From the NCBI GenBank assembly GCA_038212275.1, contig JBBQUR010000032.1:1-30101 (forward strand): a stretch of DNA of 30,101 bases, in the 5' to 3' direction. This DNA comes from Planctomycetota bacterium (GTDB lineage Bacteria > Planctomycetota > B15-G4). The notes under the pieces were generated by a model. That model did not search any database, was not told the origin of the DNA, and saw only the letters and a program-made list of their open reading frames with translations. How positions within the stretch are numbered: the first letter of the stretch is position 1; each line of letters begins with the position of its first letter. A program made the translations under genes and the position numbers. This document shows positions 20,368-30,101 of this stretch, piece by piece.

Positions 20368-22167
20368 ATGCACCCAAGTCGGCCTGTTGTGCTCGCGATG
20401 GCCCTCACCGCCGCGGTGTTCGCGATCGATCTCGTCACGCCGCTCGGGGTGGCGACGGCAGGCCTGTACGCGCTGGCGATTCTGCTGGGGCTGCGTGCCC
20501 TGAATCCCACGCAGATCGTGGTCCTGGCGGGCATCGAGTCGGTGCTGGTGCTGGTCGGGCTTTGGCTGTCGCCGTCCGGCGGTGGCGAGGCGTGGATGGG
20601 CATCGTGAACCGGGTTCTGAGCCTCGCGCTCATCTGGGGAATTTCCGCAGCGGTTCTGCGATTTCGCGCGGTGTCGGGCGAGCTCAACCAGATGCAGCGC
20701 ATGAAGCAGGCCGTGCTGGAAACGGCCGGCGTGGGCCTGCTCGTGCTGGACCGGTCGGGCCGCATCGTGCTGGTCAATCCGGCCGCCTGCCAGCTGCTCG
20801 ACGCCGCGGAGCACGACATCCTTGGCACCGACTGGTTCCTGCGCTGGGTTCCGGAGCCCTCGCGCGACGAGGTGCGGCGGGTCTTCAAGACGCTCGTCGA
20901 CGGACTGACGCCGGGGGCCCTGCAGCACGAAAACCACGTGCTCACCGGCGACGGCCGGCTGCGACTCGTGTCGTGGCAGAACGCCGTGCTGCGCGACGAG
21001 CACGGCAGGATCACCGGCGTGCTTTCCTCGGGTGAAGACATCACCGTACGCCGCGAGGCCGAGGAGGCGCTGGGCGAGTCGCGCCGCGCGCTGCTGTCGT
21101 TCAAGCAGGCGCTGGACCAGGCGGCCATCGTGGCCACGACGGACGCCGAGGGCCGCATCACGTACACCAACGACCAGTTCTGCCGCATCTCCGGGTATGC
21201 GCGTCACGAACTGCTCGGGCAGGACCACAGGCTCGTGAACTCGGGCACGCACCCGCGCGAGTACATCGCCGGGATCTGGCAGACCATTCGGGCCGGGCGC
21301 GTATGGAAGGGCGAACTCTGCAACCGCGCCAAGGACGGCTCGCTCTACTGGGTCGACACGACGATCGTGCCGTTCATGGATCGCGAAGGACAACCCTACC
21401 AGTACCTCGCCATCCGCGCCGACATCACCGAGCGCAAGCGCGTCGAGCGTGCGCTGCGCGAGCAGGACGCGCTCGTGCGGCTCGGCGAGATGGCTGCCAT
21501 CGTGGCGCACGAGGTGAAGAATCCGCTGGCCGGAATCGCCGGAGCGATCCAGGTCATCGGTGGACGACTGCCTGCGGACAGCGGTGACCGGGCCGTCGTG
21601 ACCGAAATCCTGGCGCGCATCGATGCGCTCAACACCATCGTGCAGGATCTGCTGACCTTCGCGCGGCCCCGCACGCCGCAACCCGAGAAGTTCGCGCTGG
21701 GGGACCTGCTGCGCCAGACGGCGCAACTGCTCACGAGCGATCCGCAGGGTGAACACGTCAGCATCGAGCTGCCCGTGCAGGACTCCGTGATCGACGGAGA
21801 CGCGGATCTGCTGCGGCATGTCTTCGTGAACCTGATGCTCAATGCGGCGCAGGCGATGGGTGGCCGCGGGCGACTCGTGGTGTCCACGTCGACGGTCGGC
21901 GATGTGTCCCGCATCCAGTTCGCGGACAACGGGCCCGGCATTCCCGCCTCCGTGCGCGAGCACCTCTTCCAGCCGTTCTTCACGACCAAGCACCGCGGCA
22001 CCGGGCTCGGCCTGGCCATCGCGAAGCGCATCGTCGAGGGGCACAACGGTCACATCGACGTGGACTGCCCCGAGGGCGGGGGCACCGTGATCACGGTGTG
22101 CCTTCCGGCGGCGGCGCACGCCGGAGTAAAGCAGGCGTCCGACCGGGGTTCCGCGGCGCAGCCGTGA
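20368..22167 (+). CDS. Membrane-bound PAS-PAS sensor histidine kinase
   Basis: N-terminal TM helices, two PAS/PAC domains, H-box AHEVKNPL, N-box NLMLNAAQA, DNGPGI, FQPFFTTK, GTGLGL. GGAG upstream of ATG 20368. Confidence 0.93.
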   Translation: MHPSRPVVLAMALTAAVFAIDLVTPLGVATAGLYALAILLGLRALNPTQIVVLAGIESVLVLVGLWLSPSGGGEAWMGIVNRVLSLALIWGISAAVLRFRAVSGELNQMQRMKQAVLETAGVGLLVLDRSGRIVLVNPAACQLLDAAEHDILGTDWFLRWVPEPSRDEVRRVFKTLVDGLTPGALQHENHVLTGDGRLRLVSWQNAVLRDEHGRITGVLSSGEDITVRREAEEALGESRRALLSFKQALDQAAIVATTDAEGRITYTNDQFCRISGYARHELLGQDHRLVNSGTHPREYIAGIWQTIRAGRVWKGELCNRAKDGSLYWVDTTIVPFMDREGQPYQYLAIRADITERKRVERALREQDALVRLGEMAAIVAHEVKNPLAGIAGAIQVIGGRLPADSGDRAVVTEILARIDALNTIVQDLLTFARPRTPQPEKFALGDLLRQTAQLLTSDPQGEHVSIELPVQDSVIDGDADLLRHVFVNLMLNAAQAMGGRGRLVVSTSTVGDVSRIQFADNGPGIPASVREHLFQPFFTTKHRGTGLGLAIAKRIVEGHNGHIDVDCPEGGGTVITVCLPAAAHAGVKQASDRGSAAQP

Positions 22168-22204
22168 CCGCGTGGGCCCGGCATGCGTGCCGCGTGCAGC
22201 GGCT

Positions 22205-23797
22205 TCACATGCGCGTCGTCATCAGCCCCAGCAGGAACTCGGCGTTGTTCTGGGTCTTGCGCATGCGCTCGAGCAGTTTCTCGATGGCCTGCACGGGCGC
22301 CATGTCGGCCAGTGCGCCGCGCAGGGCCTTCACCAGCTTGGCTTCCATCGGATCGTAGAGCAGGTCTTCCATGCGCGTGCCCGAGCGATTGATGTCGATC
22401 GACGGGAAGATGCGCTGCTCGGAGACGGCGCGCGACAGCACGAGCTCCATGTTGCCGGTGCCCTTGAACTCCTCGAAGATCACCTCGTCCATGCGCGAGT
22501 TGGTCTCGATGAGCGCGGTGGCCAGGATGGTGAGGCTGCCGCCGCCCTCGATGTTGCGCGCGCTGCCGAAGAAGCGCTTGGGCTTCTGCAGCGCGTTGGC
22601 TTCGAGGCCGCCCGAGAGAATGCGCCCCGTGGTGCGCGCCACGGCGTTGTAGGCGCGCCCGAGTCTCGTGAGGCTGTCCATGAGCACGACCACGTCGTGG
22701 CCGGACTCCACCAGGCTGCGCGCGCGCTCCGCCACGCGGTCCGCCACCTGGATGTGCCGGTGCGCGGACTCGTCGAAGGTGGACGCGATGACCTCGGCCT
22801 TCACCGAACGCTGCATGTCGGTGACTTCCTCGGGGCGCTCGTCCACGAGGAACATCAACAGCCGCACCTTGGGATAGTTGGCCGCGATGGCGTTGGCCAG
22901 GTCTTTCAGCAGCACGGTCTTGCCGGCGCGCGGCGGCGACGTGATGAGGCCGCGCTGTCCGAAGCCCAGCGGCGCGACGAGGTCCACGACGCGCGTGCTG
23001 AAGTTGCGCGGATCTCGCGGCGTCTCCAGCAGGATGCGGCGGTTGGGGAAGATCGGCGTGAGCTCGTCGAAGGGCGCCCAGGTGGCGGCGAGTTCAGGGG
23101 TCTCGCCATTCACCGAGTCCACCACGTCCACCGCGAAGTACTTCTCCTTGCGGCGGCCGGGGCGCACGCGCCCCGAGATGGTCATGCCGGCGCGAAGCCT
23201 GTACTGCGTGATGACGGCCGGGGCGACGTAGAGATCGTCGGGCGACGGCAGCAGCGAGTTGCGCAGCGAGCGCAGGAATCCATAGCCGTCCGGCAGCACC
23301 TCGAGCTGGCCCTCGCCGCGCACATCCAGCTTGTGGCGATCCATCGCCCGCATGAGCATCACGAGCATGCGCGAGCGGTCGATGCCCTCGTGCACGGTCA
23401 GCCCGTAGTGGCGCAGGCGTTGCACGAGCTGCGGGACGGCAAGCGTGCCCAGCTCGGCCAGGCGGCACGGTTCGGAGCTGCCTTCCTGACCGGGCAGCGG
23501 CGGCGCCTTCTTCACGAAGACGGCGTGATAGGCGGGCTCATCGGTTGGCGAGGCGGTCTCGGGATCGCCGGCAGAGGGCGCGCCGTCGTCGAGTTCGTCG
23601 TCTTCGTCGCCGGCGGCGCGCTCGTTGCCGGGGCGCGGCGCGTCGTCACCCGCCTGCTGTCGATCAGCGGGAGCTCGATCGGCGGGCGCTCGGTCGGCGG
23701 GCGTGCGACCTGAGGAGGAGCGTCTGGCCGACGGTCGGTCGGCGGGGGCCGTCACGGCGGACGGCTCGGACTTGGGCTTGCGGCGGATGGGGGGCAT
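22205..23797 (-). CDS. rho: Transcription termination factor Rho with disordered N-terminal extension
   Basis: [12 protein letters not shown], [42 protein letters not shown]. Start at ATG 23797 is uncertain. Confidence 0.95.
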   Translation of the reverse strand: MPPIRRKPKSEPSAVTAPADRPSARRSSSGRTPADRAPADRAPADRQQAGDDAPRPGNERAAGDEDDELDDGAPSAGDPETASPTDEPAYHAVFVKKAPPLPGQEGSSEPCRLAELGTLAVPQLVQRLRHYGLTVHEGIDRSRMLVMLMRAMDRHKLDVRGEGQLEVLPDGYGFLRSLRNSLLPSPDDLYVAPAVITQYRLRAGMTISGRVRPGRRKEKYFAVDVVDSVNGETPELAATWAPFDELTPIFPNRRILLETPRDPRNFSTRVVDLVAPLGFGQRGLITSPPRAGKTVLLKDLANAIAANYPKVRLLMFLVDERPEEVTDMQRSVKAEVIASTFDESAHRHIQVADRVAERARSLVESGHDVVVLMDSLTRLGRAYNAVARTTGRILSGGLEANALQKPKRFFGSARNIEGGGSLTILATALIETNSRMDEVIFEEFKGTGNMELVLSRAVSEQRIFPSIDINRSGTRMEDLLYDPMEAKLVKALRGALADMAPVQAIEKLLERMRKTQNNAEFLLGLMTTRM

Positions 23798-23892
23798 CGC
23801 GACTGTGTTCGTGCGGCGTTCGCGGGGGGATGGTGGAGCGGGAGAACCGCGCGGCACAAGAGTGGCCGGGGCCCGAACCAGCGGTCAAGAAG

Positions 23893-24498
23893 TCAGGCGT
23901 TGCGCCAGCGGAATAGCAGCGCATCGACCGAGCGCTCAAGATCGCCGATATCGCCGCTGTTTTCCAGTACGGCGTCGGCGCGGGCGCGCTTCTCGGCCAG
24001 GCTGGCCTGACGCGACTCGCGCCGCGCACGCTCTCCGGGTGGCCAGCCGCGCGCCGCGACGCGCTCGTCACGCACGGCGTCCGGCGTGTCGATGAACAAC
24101 CAGTGGGTGACCCGCACGGCCAGCGGTGACTCGAGCAGCAGCGGCACATCCAGCACCACGTCGCGCGGGCCGCCGGGGCGATGGCACGAGGTGGCGGCGG
24201 CCAGGCCGGCGGCGAGGCGCTCCCGCACCGCCGGATGGACGATGGCGTTGAGGTCGGCCGTGCCGCGCGCGTCGGCAAAGGCGAGGCCGGCCAGCCGGGC
24301 GCGGTCCAGCTGGGCGTTGGCGTCCAGGATGCCGGCGCCGAAGCGGGCCACCAGCGCCGCGAGCACCGAGGGCTGCTTGACGGCCGCCCGCGCCTCGACG
24401 TCGGCGTCCAGAACCACGCAACCTCGTGCGGCGAAAGCTTTCGCGACGGCCGACTTGCCGCTGCCGATGCCGCCGAGGAGTCCGATGACGAGCGCCAT
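23893..24498 (-). CDS. coaE: Dephospho-CoA kinase
   Basis: GLLGGIGSGKS, DAD, LNAIVHP, DVPLLLE, ADAVLEN. Confidence 0.92.
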   Translation of the reverse strand: MALVIGLLGGIGSGKSAVAKAFAARGCVVLDADVEARAAVKQPSVLAALVARFGAGILDANAQLDRARLAGLAFADARGTADLNAIVHPAVRERLAAGLAAATSCHRPGGPRDVVLDVPLLLESPLAVRVTHWLFIDTPDAVRDERVAARGWPPGERARRESRQASLAEKRARADAVLENSGDIGDLERSVDALLFRWRNA

Positions 24499-24507
24499 GC
24501 GGTGCCG

Positions 24508-24513
24508 AGGATA
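24508..24513 (-). promoter_or_regulatory. Putative -10 box (TATCCT) for coaE
   Basis: TATCCT lies 9 nt before the coaE ATG, with no SD. Confidence 0.4.
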
Positions 24514-24528
24514 CCCGCGGCGTTGCCG

Positions 24529-24557
24529 TTGCCGGGGTGAGGGGGCCTCCCTATAAT
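24529..24557 (+). promoter_or_regulatory. Sigma70-type promoter
   Basis: TTGCCG (24529-24534), 17-nt spacer, TATAAT (24552-24557), upstream of the gene run starting at 24619. Confidence 0.7.
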
Positions 24558-24618
24558 CCCCCGCCTTCGAGATCGTGCCCAGCGGGCCGACTCTCGCAAC
24601 CCCCAGCCGAACCTGAGG

Positions 24619-25890
24619 ATGCCCGCCGTGATGGAAGCGCTCCGCCCTGTCCGTATCGCCGATCGCTCCCAGGCCGGCGCCGTGAGCACCAACTGGCTGG
24701 TGGTGATCATCATTGCTCTGATGGCTGCCCTCGGGCTCTGGTACTCGGCAAACGCCGACATCGAGAAATTCAAGGGCCGGACCACCGAGGCGCAGACCGA
24801 GCTGGCCGAGGTCACGGTCGAGAAGGACGCGGCTCTCGACGGCCGCAAGGCGCTGTCGCACCTGGTGGGCTACCGCGACGAGAGCATCGACACGGCGTTC
24901 TCGGACGAGACGGCGATCCAGACCGCGATCGAGGCAGCCAAGGCCGAGGTCGGCCAGTCGCTGGGCGGGCCGGATGCCAAGCCCACGCTGCAGCGCGTCA
25001 TCGCGGCGCTCATCTCGGCCAACCAGGCCAAGGCGCAGGCGCTGGCCGCAGCCAAGGCGGACCTCGACAAGGCGACCGCCTCGCGCCAGGCCGCGGAGAG
25101 CAAGACCGACGACATCGAGAAGACCTTCAGCGACCAGATCGCCGCCCTGACGCAGCAGTTGAAGGACGAGCAGCAGCGAGCCGACAACCAGTCCAAGTCG
25201 GATGCCACGCGCTTCGATGAGCTGACCGCCAGCCAGCAGACGGCCGATGCCTCGGCCCGCGCCGCGCAGCAGGCCCTGGCCGAGTTCCAGGTGGCGTCGG
25301 GCCGCGAGGTCGCCACCAAGGAGGCGCAGATCCAGGCCCTCGCGCTGCGGCGCGAGCCGGTGGCGCCGGAAGGGCCGGATGGCAGCATCCTCTCCGTCAG
25401 CAAGCAGGGCGGCACCGCCTTCATCGACGTGGGCGGACGCGACGGTCTCAAGCGCGGCACGCGCTTCGAAGTGCTGCGTCCGGGCAAGGCCGGCCAGATG
25501 ATTTCGCGCGGCTCGGTCGAGGTGCGCGAGGTGCAGAGCGACATGGCGCTCGTGGGACTCCTCGGCGAGCCCGATCCCTTCGATCCGATCCTTCCCGGCG
25601 ACCTGGTGCGCAACCCGCACTTCGAGAAGGGGAAGGTCAATCACTTCTTCCTGCTCGGCGACTTCCCGCTCACGCTCAGCAAGGACTTCGCGGCGGCGCG
25701 GCTCGTCGAGCTCGGTTCCGTCGTGGACACCAAGCTGGACACCGGCACCGACATCCTCGTCGTGGGCGAGAAGAGCCTGAACGACGAGTTCGCCCAGGAA
25801 CTGACGGCCACGGACGAGTACAAGCTCGCCGAGAAGCTCGGGATGCAGATCATCCGGGTTTCCGAGCTGTCCGACTTCCTGCGCTACTGA
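24619..25890 (+). CDS. Membrane-anchored coiled-coil protein with FlgT-C-like beta domain and C-terminal BRCT-like domain
   Basis: TM WLVVIIIALMAALGLW, long A/Q/E/K helical region, IDVGGRDGLKRGTRFEV...PGDLV, then LVELGSVVDTKLDTGTDILVVGE...AEKLGMQII. Start 24619 or 24631. Confidence 0.7.
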   Translation: MPAVMEALRPVRIADRSQAGAVSTNWLVVIIIALMAALGLWYSANADIEKFKGRTTEAQTELAEVTVEKDAALDGRKALSHLVGYRDESIDTAFSDETAIQTAIEAAKAEVGQSLGGPDAKPTLQRVIAALISANQAKAQALAAAKADLDKATASRQAAESKTDDIEKTFSDQIAALTQQLKDEQQRADNQSKSDATRFDELTASQQTADASARAAQQALAEFQVASGREVATKEAQIQALALRREPVAPEGPDGSILSVSKQGGTAFIDVGGRDGLKRGTRFEVLRPGKAGQMISRGSVEVREVQSDMALVGLLGEPDPFDPILPGDLVRNPHFEKGKVNHFFLLGDFPLTLSKDFAAARLVELGSVVDTKLDTGTDILVVGEKSLNDEFAQELTATDEYKLAEKLGMQIIRVSELSDFLRY

Positions 25891-25908
25891 GTCGCCCGAG
25901 CGGCCGCG

Positions 25909-26625
25909 GTGCGCGTCGACGTCGCACTCACGCCGGCCCTCGTTCCAGCCGGGGCGCTGGCAGGCGTCGACGTCGTGGTCATCGATGTGCTGCGCGCGAC
26001 GACCACCATCGCCGCGGCGCTGGTGTCGGGTGCTGACGGCGTTCGGCCGGAAGGCAGCCTGGAAGCGGCGCTGGCTGCGGCGCGCAGCAGCGGCGCGTTG
26101 CTCGGCGGGGAGCGCGAGGGGCTGCCGCCGCCGGGCTTCGACCTCGGCAACTCGCCTTCCAGCTACACGCCGGAGCGTTGCCGCGGCCGCAGCGTGGTGT
26201 TGTCCACCACCAACGGGACGCAAGCCGCGCTGGCCGCGATCGGCTGCCGCAGCCTGCGCGCCGGCAGCCTGGCGAACGCCGAGGCGACCTGTCGCGCGCT
26301 GCTGGCCGACGGCGCCGAGCGCGTGCTGCTGATGTGCTCGGGCACGCGCGGCCGCGTGGCTGCCGACGACACCGCCGCCGCAGGCTGCATGGCCGGCAGC
26401 CTGCTGCTGCTCGCTGCCGCGGAGCTGACCGACTCGGGGCGCCTCGCCATCGCGCTCTTCGATGCATGGAAGCACGATCTGCCGGGCCTGCTGCGCCGCT
26501 GCGAGTCGGGACAGCGCCTGCTGCGCATCGACCATGCGCATGACATCGCAGACTGCGCGCGCGTGGACTCGGTGCCGTTCGCGGCGCGCCTCGACGCGGC
26601 CGGCGTGTTCCGGCGCGAGGCCTGA
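25909..26625 (+). CDS. comB: 2-phosphosulfolactate phosphatase family protein
   Basis: VVIDVLRATTTI, GGER, GFDLGNSP, STTNGT. Confidence 0.9.
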   Translation: MRVDVALTPALVPAGALAGVDVVVIDVLRATTTIAAALVSGADGVRPEGSLEAALAAARSSGALLGGEREGLPPPGFDLGNSPSSYTPERCRGRSVVLSTTNGTQAALAAIGCRSLRAGSLANAEATCRALLADGAERVLLMCSGTRGRVAADDTAAAGCMAGSLLLLAAAELTDSGRLAIALFDAWKHDLPGLLRRCESGQRLLRIDHAHDIADCARVDSVPFAARLDAAGVFRREA

Positions 26626-26628
26626 GCC

Positions 26629-27414
26629 GTGGCCACGGGCATGGAAGACCGTCGCATGCCCCTGCGCGAGCACCTGCAGGAGCTGAAGTTCTGCCTGATC
26701 CGCTGCACGCTCGTGATCATCGTGCTGTTCGTCGTGGGCGTGATCTTCGACAGGCCGCTGATCTTCTTCATCGCGATCCCGTGGATGCAGGCGCGCCAGG
26801 CGTGCCTGGACGCGGGCATCCAGGAACCCGGGAAGCTCACCTACCTCGGCCCGGCCGAGGGCATGATGACCGCGCTGAAGATCTCCTTTCTCTTCGCGCT
26901 CGTGGTCGGCGCGCCGTTCCTGCTGTGGGAGCTGTGGAAGTTCATCGGGGTGGGCCTCAAGGAGAAGGAGCGCCGCGCCATCCTCAAGGTCTTCGTGCCG
27001 GCCGTCGTGCTGCTCATCACCGGCATGGCCTGCGGCTACGTCTACCTGCTGCCGACGAGCCTGGAGATGCTCGTGACGTATCTGCCGCCCGAGCTGGCCA
27101 CGCCCAATGTCACGCTGACCGCGTATCTGACCTTCGTGACCAACCTCACTCTGGTCATGGGCTTCGTGTTCGAGACACCGCTCATCATGTGGGCCGTGGT
27201 GCGGGCCGGGTTCGTGCAGGTGGCGACGCTGAAGAAGTCGCGGCGCGTGTCCATGATCGCCATCCTGGTCTTCGCCGCCGCCGTCACGCCGGGCTCGGAC
27301 GTCGTGTCCATGTTCCTCGTGGCGGGCCCGATGATCGTGCTCTACGAGGTGGGCCTCCTCCTCGGCTCGGGCGCGGAAAAAGCGCGCGCGCGCGCCGCGG
27401 GGGGCAGACTGTAG
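26629..27414 (+). CDS. tatC: Twin-arginine translocase subunit TatC
   Basis: MPLREHLxEL, about six TM helices, FETP, AAAVTP, LYE. Start 26629 or 26641. Confidence 0.92.
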   Translation: MATGMEDRRMPLREHLQELKFCLIRCTLVIIVLFVVGVIFDRPLIFFIAIPWMQARQACLDAGIQEPGKLTYLGPAEGMMTALKISFLFALVVGAPFLLWELWKFIGVGLKEKERRAILKVFVPAVVLLITGMACGYVYLLPTSLEMLVTYLPPELATPNVTLTAYLTFVTNLTLVMGFVFETPLIMWAVVRAGFVQVATLKKSRRVSMIAILVFAAAVTPGSDVVSMFLVAGPMIVLYEVGLLLGSGAEKARARAAGGRL

Positions 27415-27461
27415 GCTCTGCGCCTTCCCGTTCCCGTTTCCCGCGACAGGTCATCGTATTC

Positions 27462-28556
27462 ATGGGTCTCGCCTGCGGCATCGTCGGTCTCCCCAACGTC
27501 GGCAAGTCCACGCTGTTCAACGCCATCACGGCGGCGGGCGCGGAGTGCGCCAACTACCCGTTCTGCACCATCGAACCCAATGTGGGGATGGTGGCCGTAC
27601 CGGACCCGCGGCTGGAGGTCATCCGCAGCCACATCGCGTCGGAGAAGATCATCCCGGCGGTGCTCAAGGTGGTGGACATCGCGGGGCTGGTCGCCGGGGC
27701 GAGCAAAGGCGAGGGCCTGGGCAACCGCTTCCTCGCGCACATCCGCGAGACGGAAGCCATCCTGCACGTGGTGCGCTGCTTCGAGGACGGCAACGTGATC
27801 CACGTCGCCAACAAGGTGGATCCGCTGTCGGACATCGGCGTCATCGAGACCGAGCTCATGCTGGCGGACCTGCAGACGCTGCAGAACTCCATCGACAAGG
27901 TGGCCAAGAAGGCGCGCGGCCAGGACAAGGTGGCGATGGTGGAGCACGCCGCCTACGAGAAGGCGATCGCGTGGCTGGAGGCGGGGCGGCTCATGCGCGC
28001 CGGCACGTGGACCGAAGTGGAGAGCGAGGCGCTCTCGCGGCTGTACCTCATCACCGCCAAGCCCGTGCTCTACGTGGCCAACGTCGCCGAGGATGACCTG
28101 CAGGCGCAGTCGCCGCTGGTGGACATCGTGCGCCGGCATGCGGAGGCCAGCGGCGCGGAGTGCGTCGCGCTGTGCGCCTCCATCGAGAACGAGCTGGCCG
28201 TCATGGCGCCGGAAGATCGCGCAGTGTTCCTCGCGGATCTCGGGCTCGAGCAGCCGGGCCTCGAGCGCCTCGTGCGCTCGGCCTTCCATCTGCTGGGCCT
28301 CATGACCTTCTACACCGCGGGCCCCAAGGAAATCCGCGCGTGGACGATTCACCGCGGCGACACCGCTCCGGTGGCCGCCGGCGTGATCCACACCGACTTC
28401 GAGAAGGGCTTCATCCGCGCCGAGATCTATTCCGTGGACGATCTCGTCGCACTGAAGACCGAGCCGGCGATCCGCGCCGCCGGCCGTTTCCGCAGCGAGG
28501 GCCGGGAATACGTGATGCACGACGCCGACGTCTGTCACTTCCTGGTCGGCAAGTGA
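27462..28556 (+). CDS. ychF: Ribosome-binding redox-regulated ATPase YchF
   Basis: [28 protein letters not shown], GEGLGNx[18 protein letters not shown] (TGS domain). Confidence 0.96.
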   Translation: MGLACGIVGLPNVGKSTLFNAITAAGAECANYPFCTIEPNVGMVAVPDPRLEVIRSHIASEKIIPAVLKVVDIAGLVAGASKGEGLGNRFLAHIRETEAILHVVRCFEDGNVIHVANKVDPLSDIGVIETELMLADLQTLQNSIDKVAKKARGQDKVAMVEHAAYEKAIAWLEAGRLMRAGTWTEVESEALSRLYLITAKPVLYVANVAEDDLQAQSPLVDIVRRHAEASGAECVALCASIENELAVMAPEDRAVFLADLGLEQPGLERLVRSAFHLLGLMTFYTAGPKEIRAWTIHRGDTAPVAAGVIHTDFEKGFIRAEIYSVDDLVALKTEPAIRAAGRFRSEGREYVMHDADVCHFLVGK

Positions 28557-29884
28557 AGCCCGGCTTGTTGCGCGTCGCGATCCTCGCGGTGGGCGACGAG
28601 CTGCTCGCGGGCGAGCTGGTGGACACCAACTCCGCGTGGCTGGCGCGGGCCGCGCGCGCGCATGGGCACGTCGTGACCGGCCTGGCGGCGGCCGGCGACG
28701 ATGCGCCGGCGATCGCGCGCGCCGTGACGGCCGCCGTCGCCGACAACGACCTGGTGCTGATGACCGGCGGGCTCGGGCCCACCGAGGACGACCTGACGCG
28801 CGACGGCCTCGCGCTGGCTTTCGCGCTGCCGCTGGAGGTGCGGCCGGATCTCCTCGCGACGCTGGTGGCGCAGGTGCAGCGCGCGGGCGTGCCGCTCTCG
28901 CCCGGCAATCGCCGCCAGACCGAGCTGCCGCGCGGCGCGACGGTGCTGCCCAATCCGCGCGGCACGGCGCCGGGCTTCCTGCTGCGCATCGCGCGACCGG
29001 GGCCGAGCGGGCGTCGCGGCTCTGCGCACGAGGTGCATGAGATGCACGACGTGCGCGACGTGCTTGACGTGCACGACGTGGACGAGGTGCTCGTCGCCGC
29101 GATGCCTGGCGTGCCGTCGGAGATGCAGGGCATGGCGGCGGCGTTGCTCGCGGAGCATGTTCCGTCGGGGCCGGCGCTCATCACGCGGCGGTTGCTCGCG
29201 TGCGGGCCCAGCGAGTCGCAGCTGGGCGCGGAGCTCAAGGATCTCATGCACCACGCCGACGCGTGGCGCAACGACGCGCGGCTGGGCATCAACGTGTCCT
29301 CCGGCATCATGGCGATCATGATCCGCGGCAACGACGCAGCGGCGGTTGCCGCGATGGAAGCCGCGGTGCGTCAGCGCATCGGCCCCGCGCTCTTCGGCGA
29401 GGGCGACGACACGCACGCCGGCGCCGTCGTGGCTCTGCTGGATGCGCGCGGGCAGACGGTGACCACCGCGGAGTCGTGCACGGGCGGCCTGCTTGCCGCG
29501 GCCATCACGTCGGTGCCGGGCAGCTCCCGCGTCTTCCGCGAGGGCCTCATCACCTACTCCTACGAGGCCAAGACGGCGAGGCTCGGCGTGGCAGCCGAGG
29601 AATTGCTCGCCCACGGCGCCGTGAGCGAGCGCGTGGTGGCCGCCATGGCCGACGGCGCGCGCCGCCGGGCCGACGCAGACTTCGCGCTGGCCATCAGCGG
29701 CATCGCCGGCCCCGACGGCGGCACGCCCGACAAGCCGGTAGGTACCGTCGCCCTTGGCCTGGCCTGCGAAGGCGGCGAGCGCACGGTCACGCGCCACTGG
29801 CTCGGCTCACGCGACGAGATCAGGCGGCGCTCCGTGACCTTCGCGCTGGAACTCCTGCGGAGGCGGCTGCTGGACCAGGCCTGA
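28553..29884 (+). CDS. cinA: CinA-family protein (MocF-like domain plus PncC NMN deamidase)
   Basis: GDELLAG...DTNS, GGLGPTEDDLTR, PGVPSEM, AESCTGG, GAVS, SGIAGPDGG. GTGA overlap with ychF. Confidence 0.93.
   Translation: MKPGLLRVAILAVGDELLAGELVDTNSAWLARAARAHGHVVTGLAAAGDDAPAIARAVTAAVADNDLVLMTGGLGPTEDDLTRDGLALAFALPLEVRPDLLATLVAQVQRAGVPLSPGNRRQTELPRGATVLPNPRGTAPGFLLRIARPGPSGRRGSAHEVHEMHDVRDVLDVHDVDEVLVAAMPGVPSEMQGMAAALLAEHVPSGPALITRRLLACGPSESQLGAELKDLMHHADAWRNDARLGINVSSGIMAIMIRGNDAAAVAAMEAAVRQRIGPALFGEGDDTHAGAVVALLDARGQTVTTAESCTGGLLAAAITSVPGSSRVFREGLITYSYEAKTARLGVAAEELLAHGAVSERVVAAMADGARRRADADFALAISGIAGPDGGTPDKPVGTVALGLACEGGERTVTRHWLGSRDEIRRRSVTFALELLRRRLLDQA
29027..29089 (+). repeat. In-frame 9-bp tandem repeat (7 units) inside cinA
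   Basis: cacgaggtg catgagatg cacgacgtg cgcgacgtg cttgacgtg cacgacgtg gacgaggtg. Encodes HEV HEM HDV RDV LDV HDV DEV. Confidence 0.85.
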
Positions 29885-30101
29885 GGCGAACCCGGCCGCC
29901 GTGGCCCAGGCGGGGGCGGCGACGCCGGGCGCGGCCCCGGCCGGGGCACACCACGCCCGGGCCGCGTTCGTCGGGGGTTGCGTGGCGCCGCGGCGCGGCG
30001 CCGCGGCGGCGAATCACGAGGCGGGCCGCGATGGGGTGGTGCGCGGATGCCGGGGGTGGGGGGCAGTGCTGTGAGGTTGCCCGCGGACTCTCGCAAGCGC
30101 C

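Noticed and set aside
25909..26625. comB as evidence of coenzyme M biosynthesis
   Set aside because: ComB-family phosphatases are widespread in bacteria, and no comA or other pathway gene is in the window.
26629..27414. tatC without an adjacent tatA or tatB
   Set aside because: Dispersed tat genes are common, and their absence cannot be judged from one window.
29885..30101. GC-rich hairpins after cinA and a possible minus-strand gene end at 30014
   Set aside because: No U-tract, pairing is expected by chance at this GC content, and the peptide is low-complexity and cut by the window edge.

Overview
Very GC-rich bacterial chromosomal segment. The protein families and gene style suggest Planctomycetota, which is an inference. 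It holds about 25 genes, mostly housekeeping: a TraB/GumN-like lipoprotein divergent from aroA; a minus-strand cluster (secreted FGE/SUMF1-fold protein, an unannotated 49-aa ORF, a protein with two SseB-like repeats, an HDAC-family deacetylase); recG; a complete translationally coupled moxR-DUF58-bat operon with a BatB-BatC fusion; a three-gene signalling module (sigma54 activator, stand-alone receiver, membrane PAS-PAS kinase); coaE-rho; and a coiled-coil/BRCT membrane protein followed by comB, tatC, ychF and cinA. I found no rRNA, tRNA, CRISPR array, transposase or phage gene. The most unusual signal is a 40-bp palindrome at 20301-20340 made of two face-to-face sigma54 (-24/-12) promoter matches, one aimed at the kinase and one at the lone receiver and activator, which suggests a switch or feedback circuit. 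Also notable: a 49-aa ORF coupled to neighbours at both ends, a 29-bp-arm inverted repeat at 223-331, several apparently leaderless promoters, and in-frame 9/15/18-bp tandem-repeat expansions in aroA, batBC, batE, rho and cinA. All calls come from reading motifs by eye; no database searches were run.
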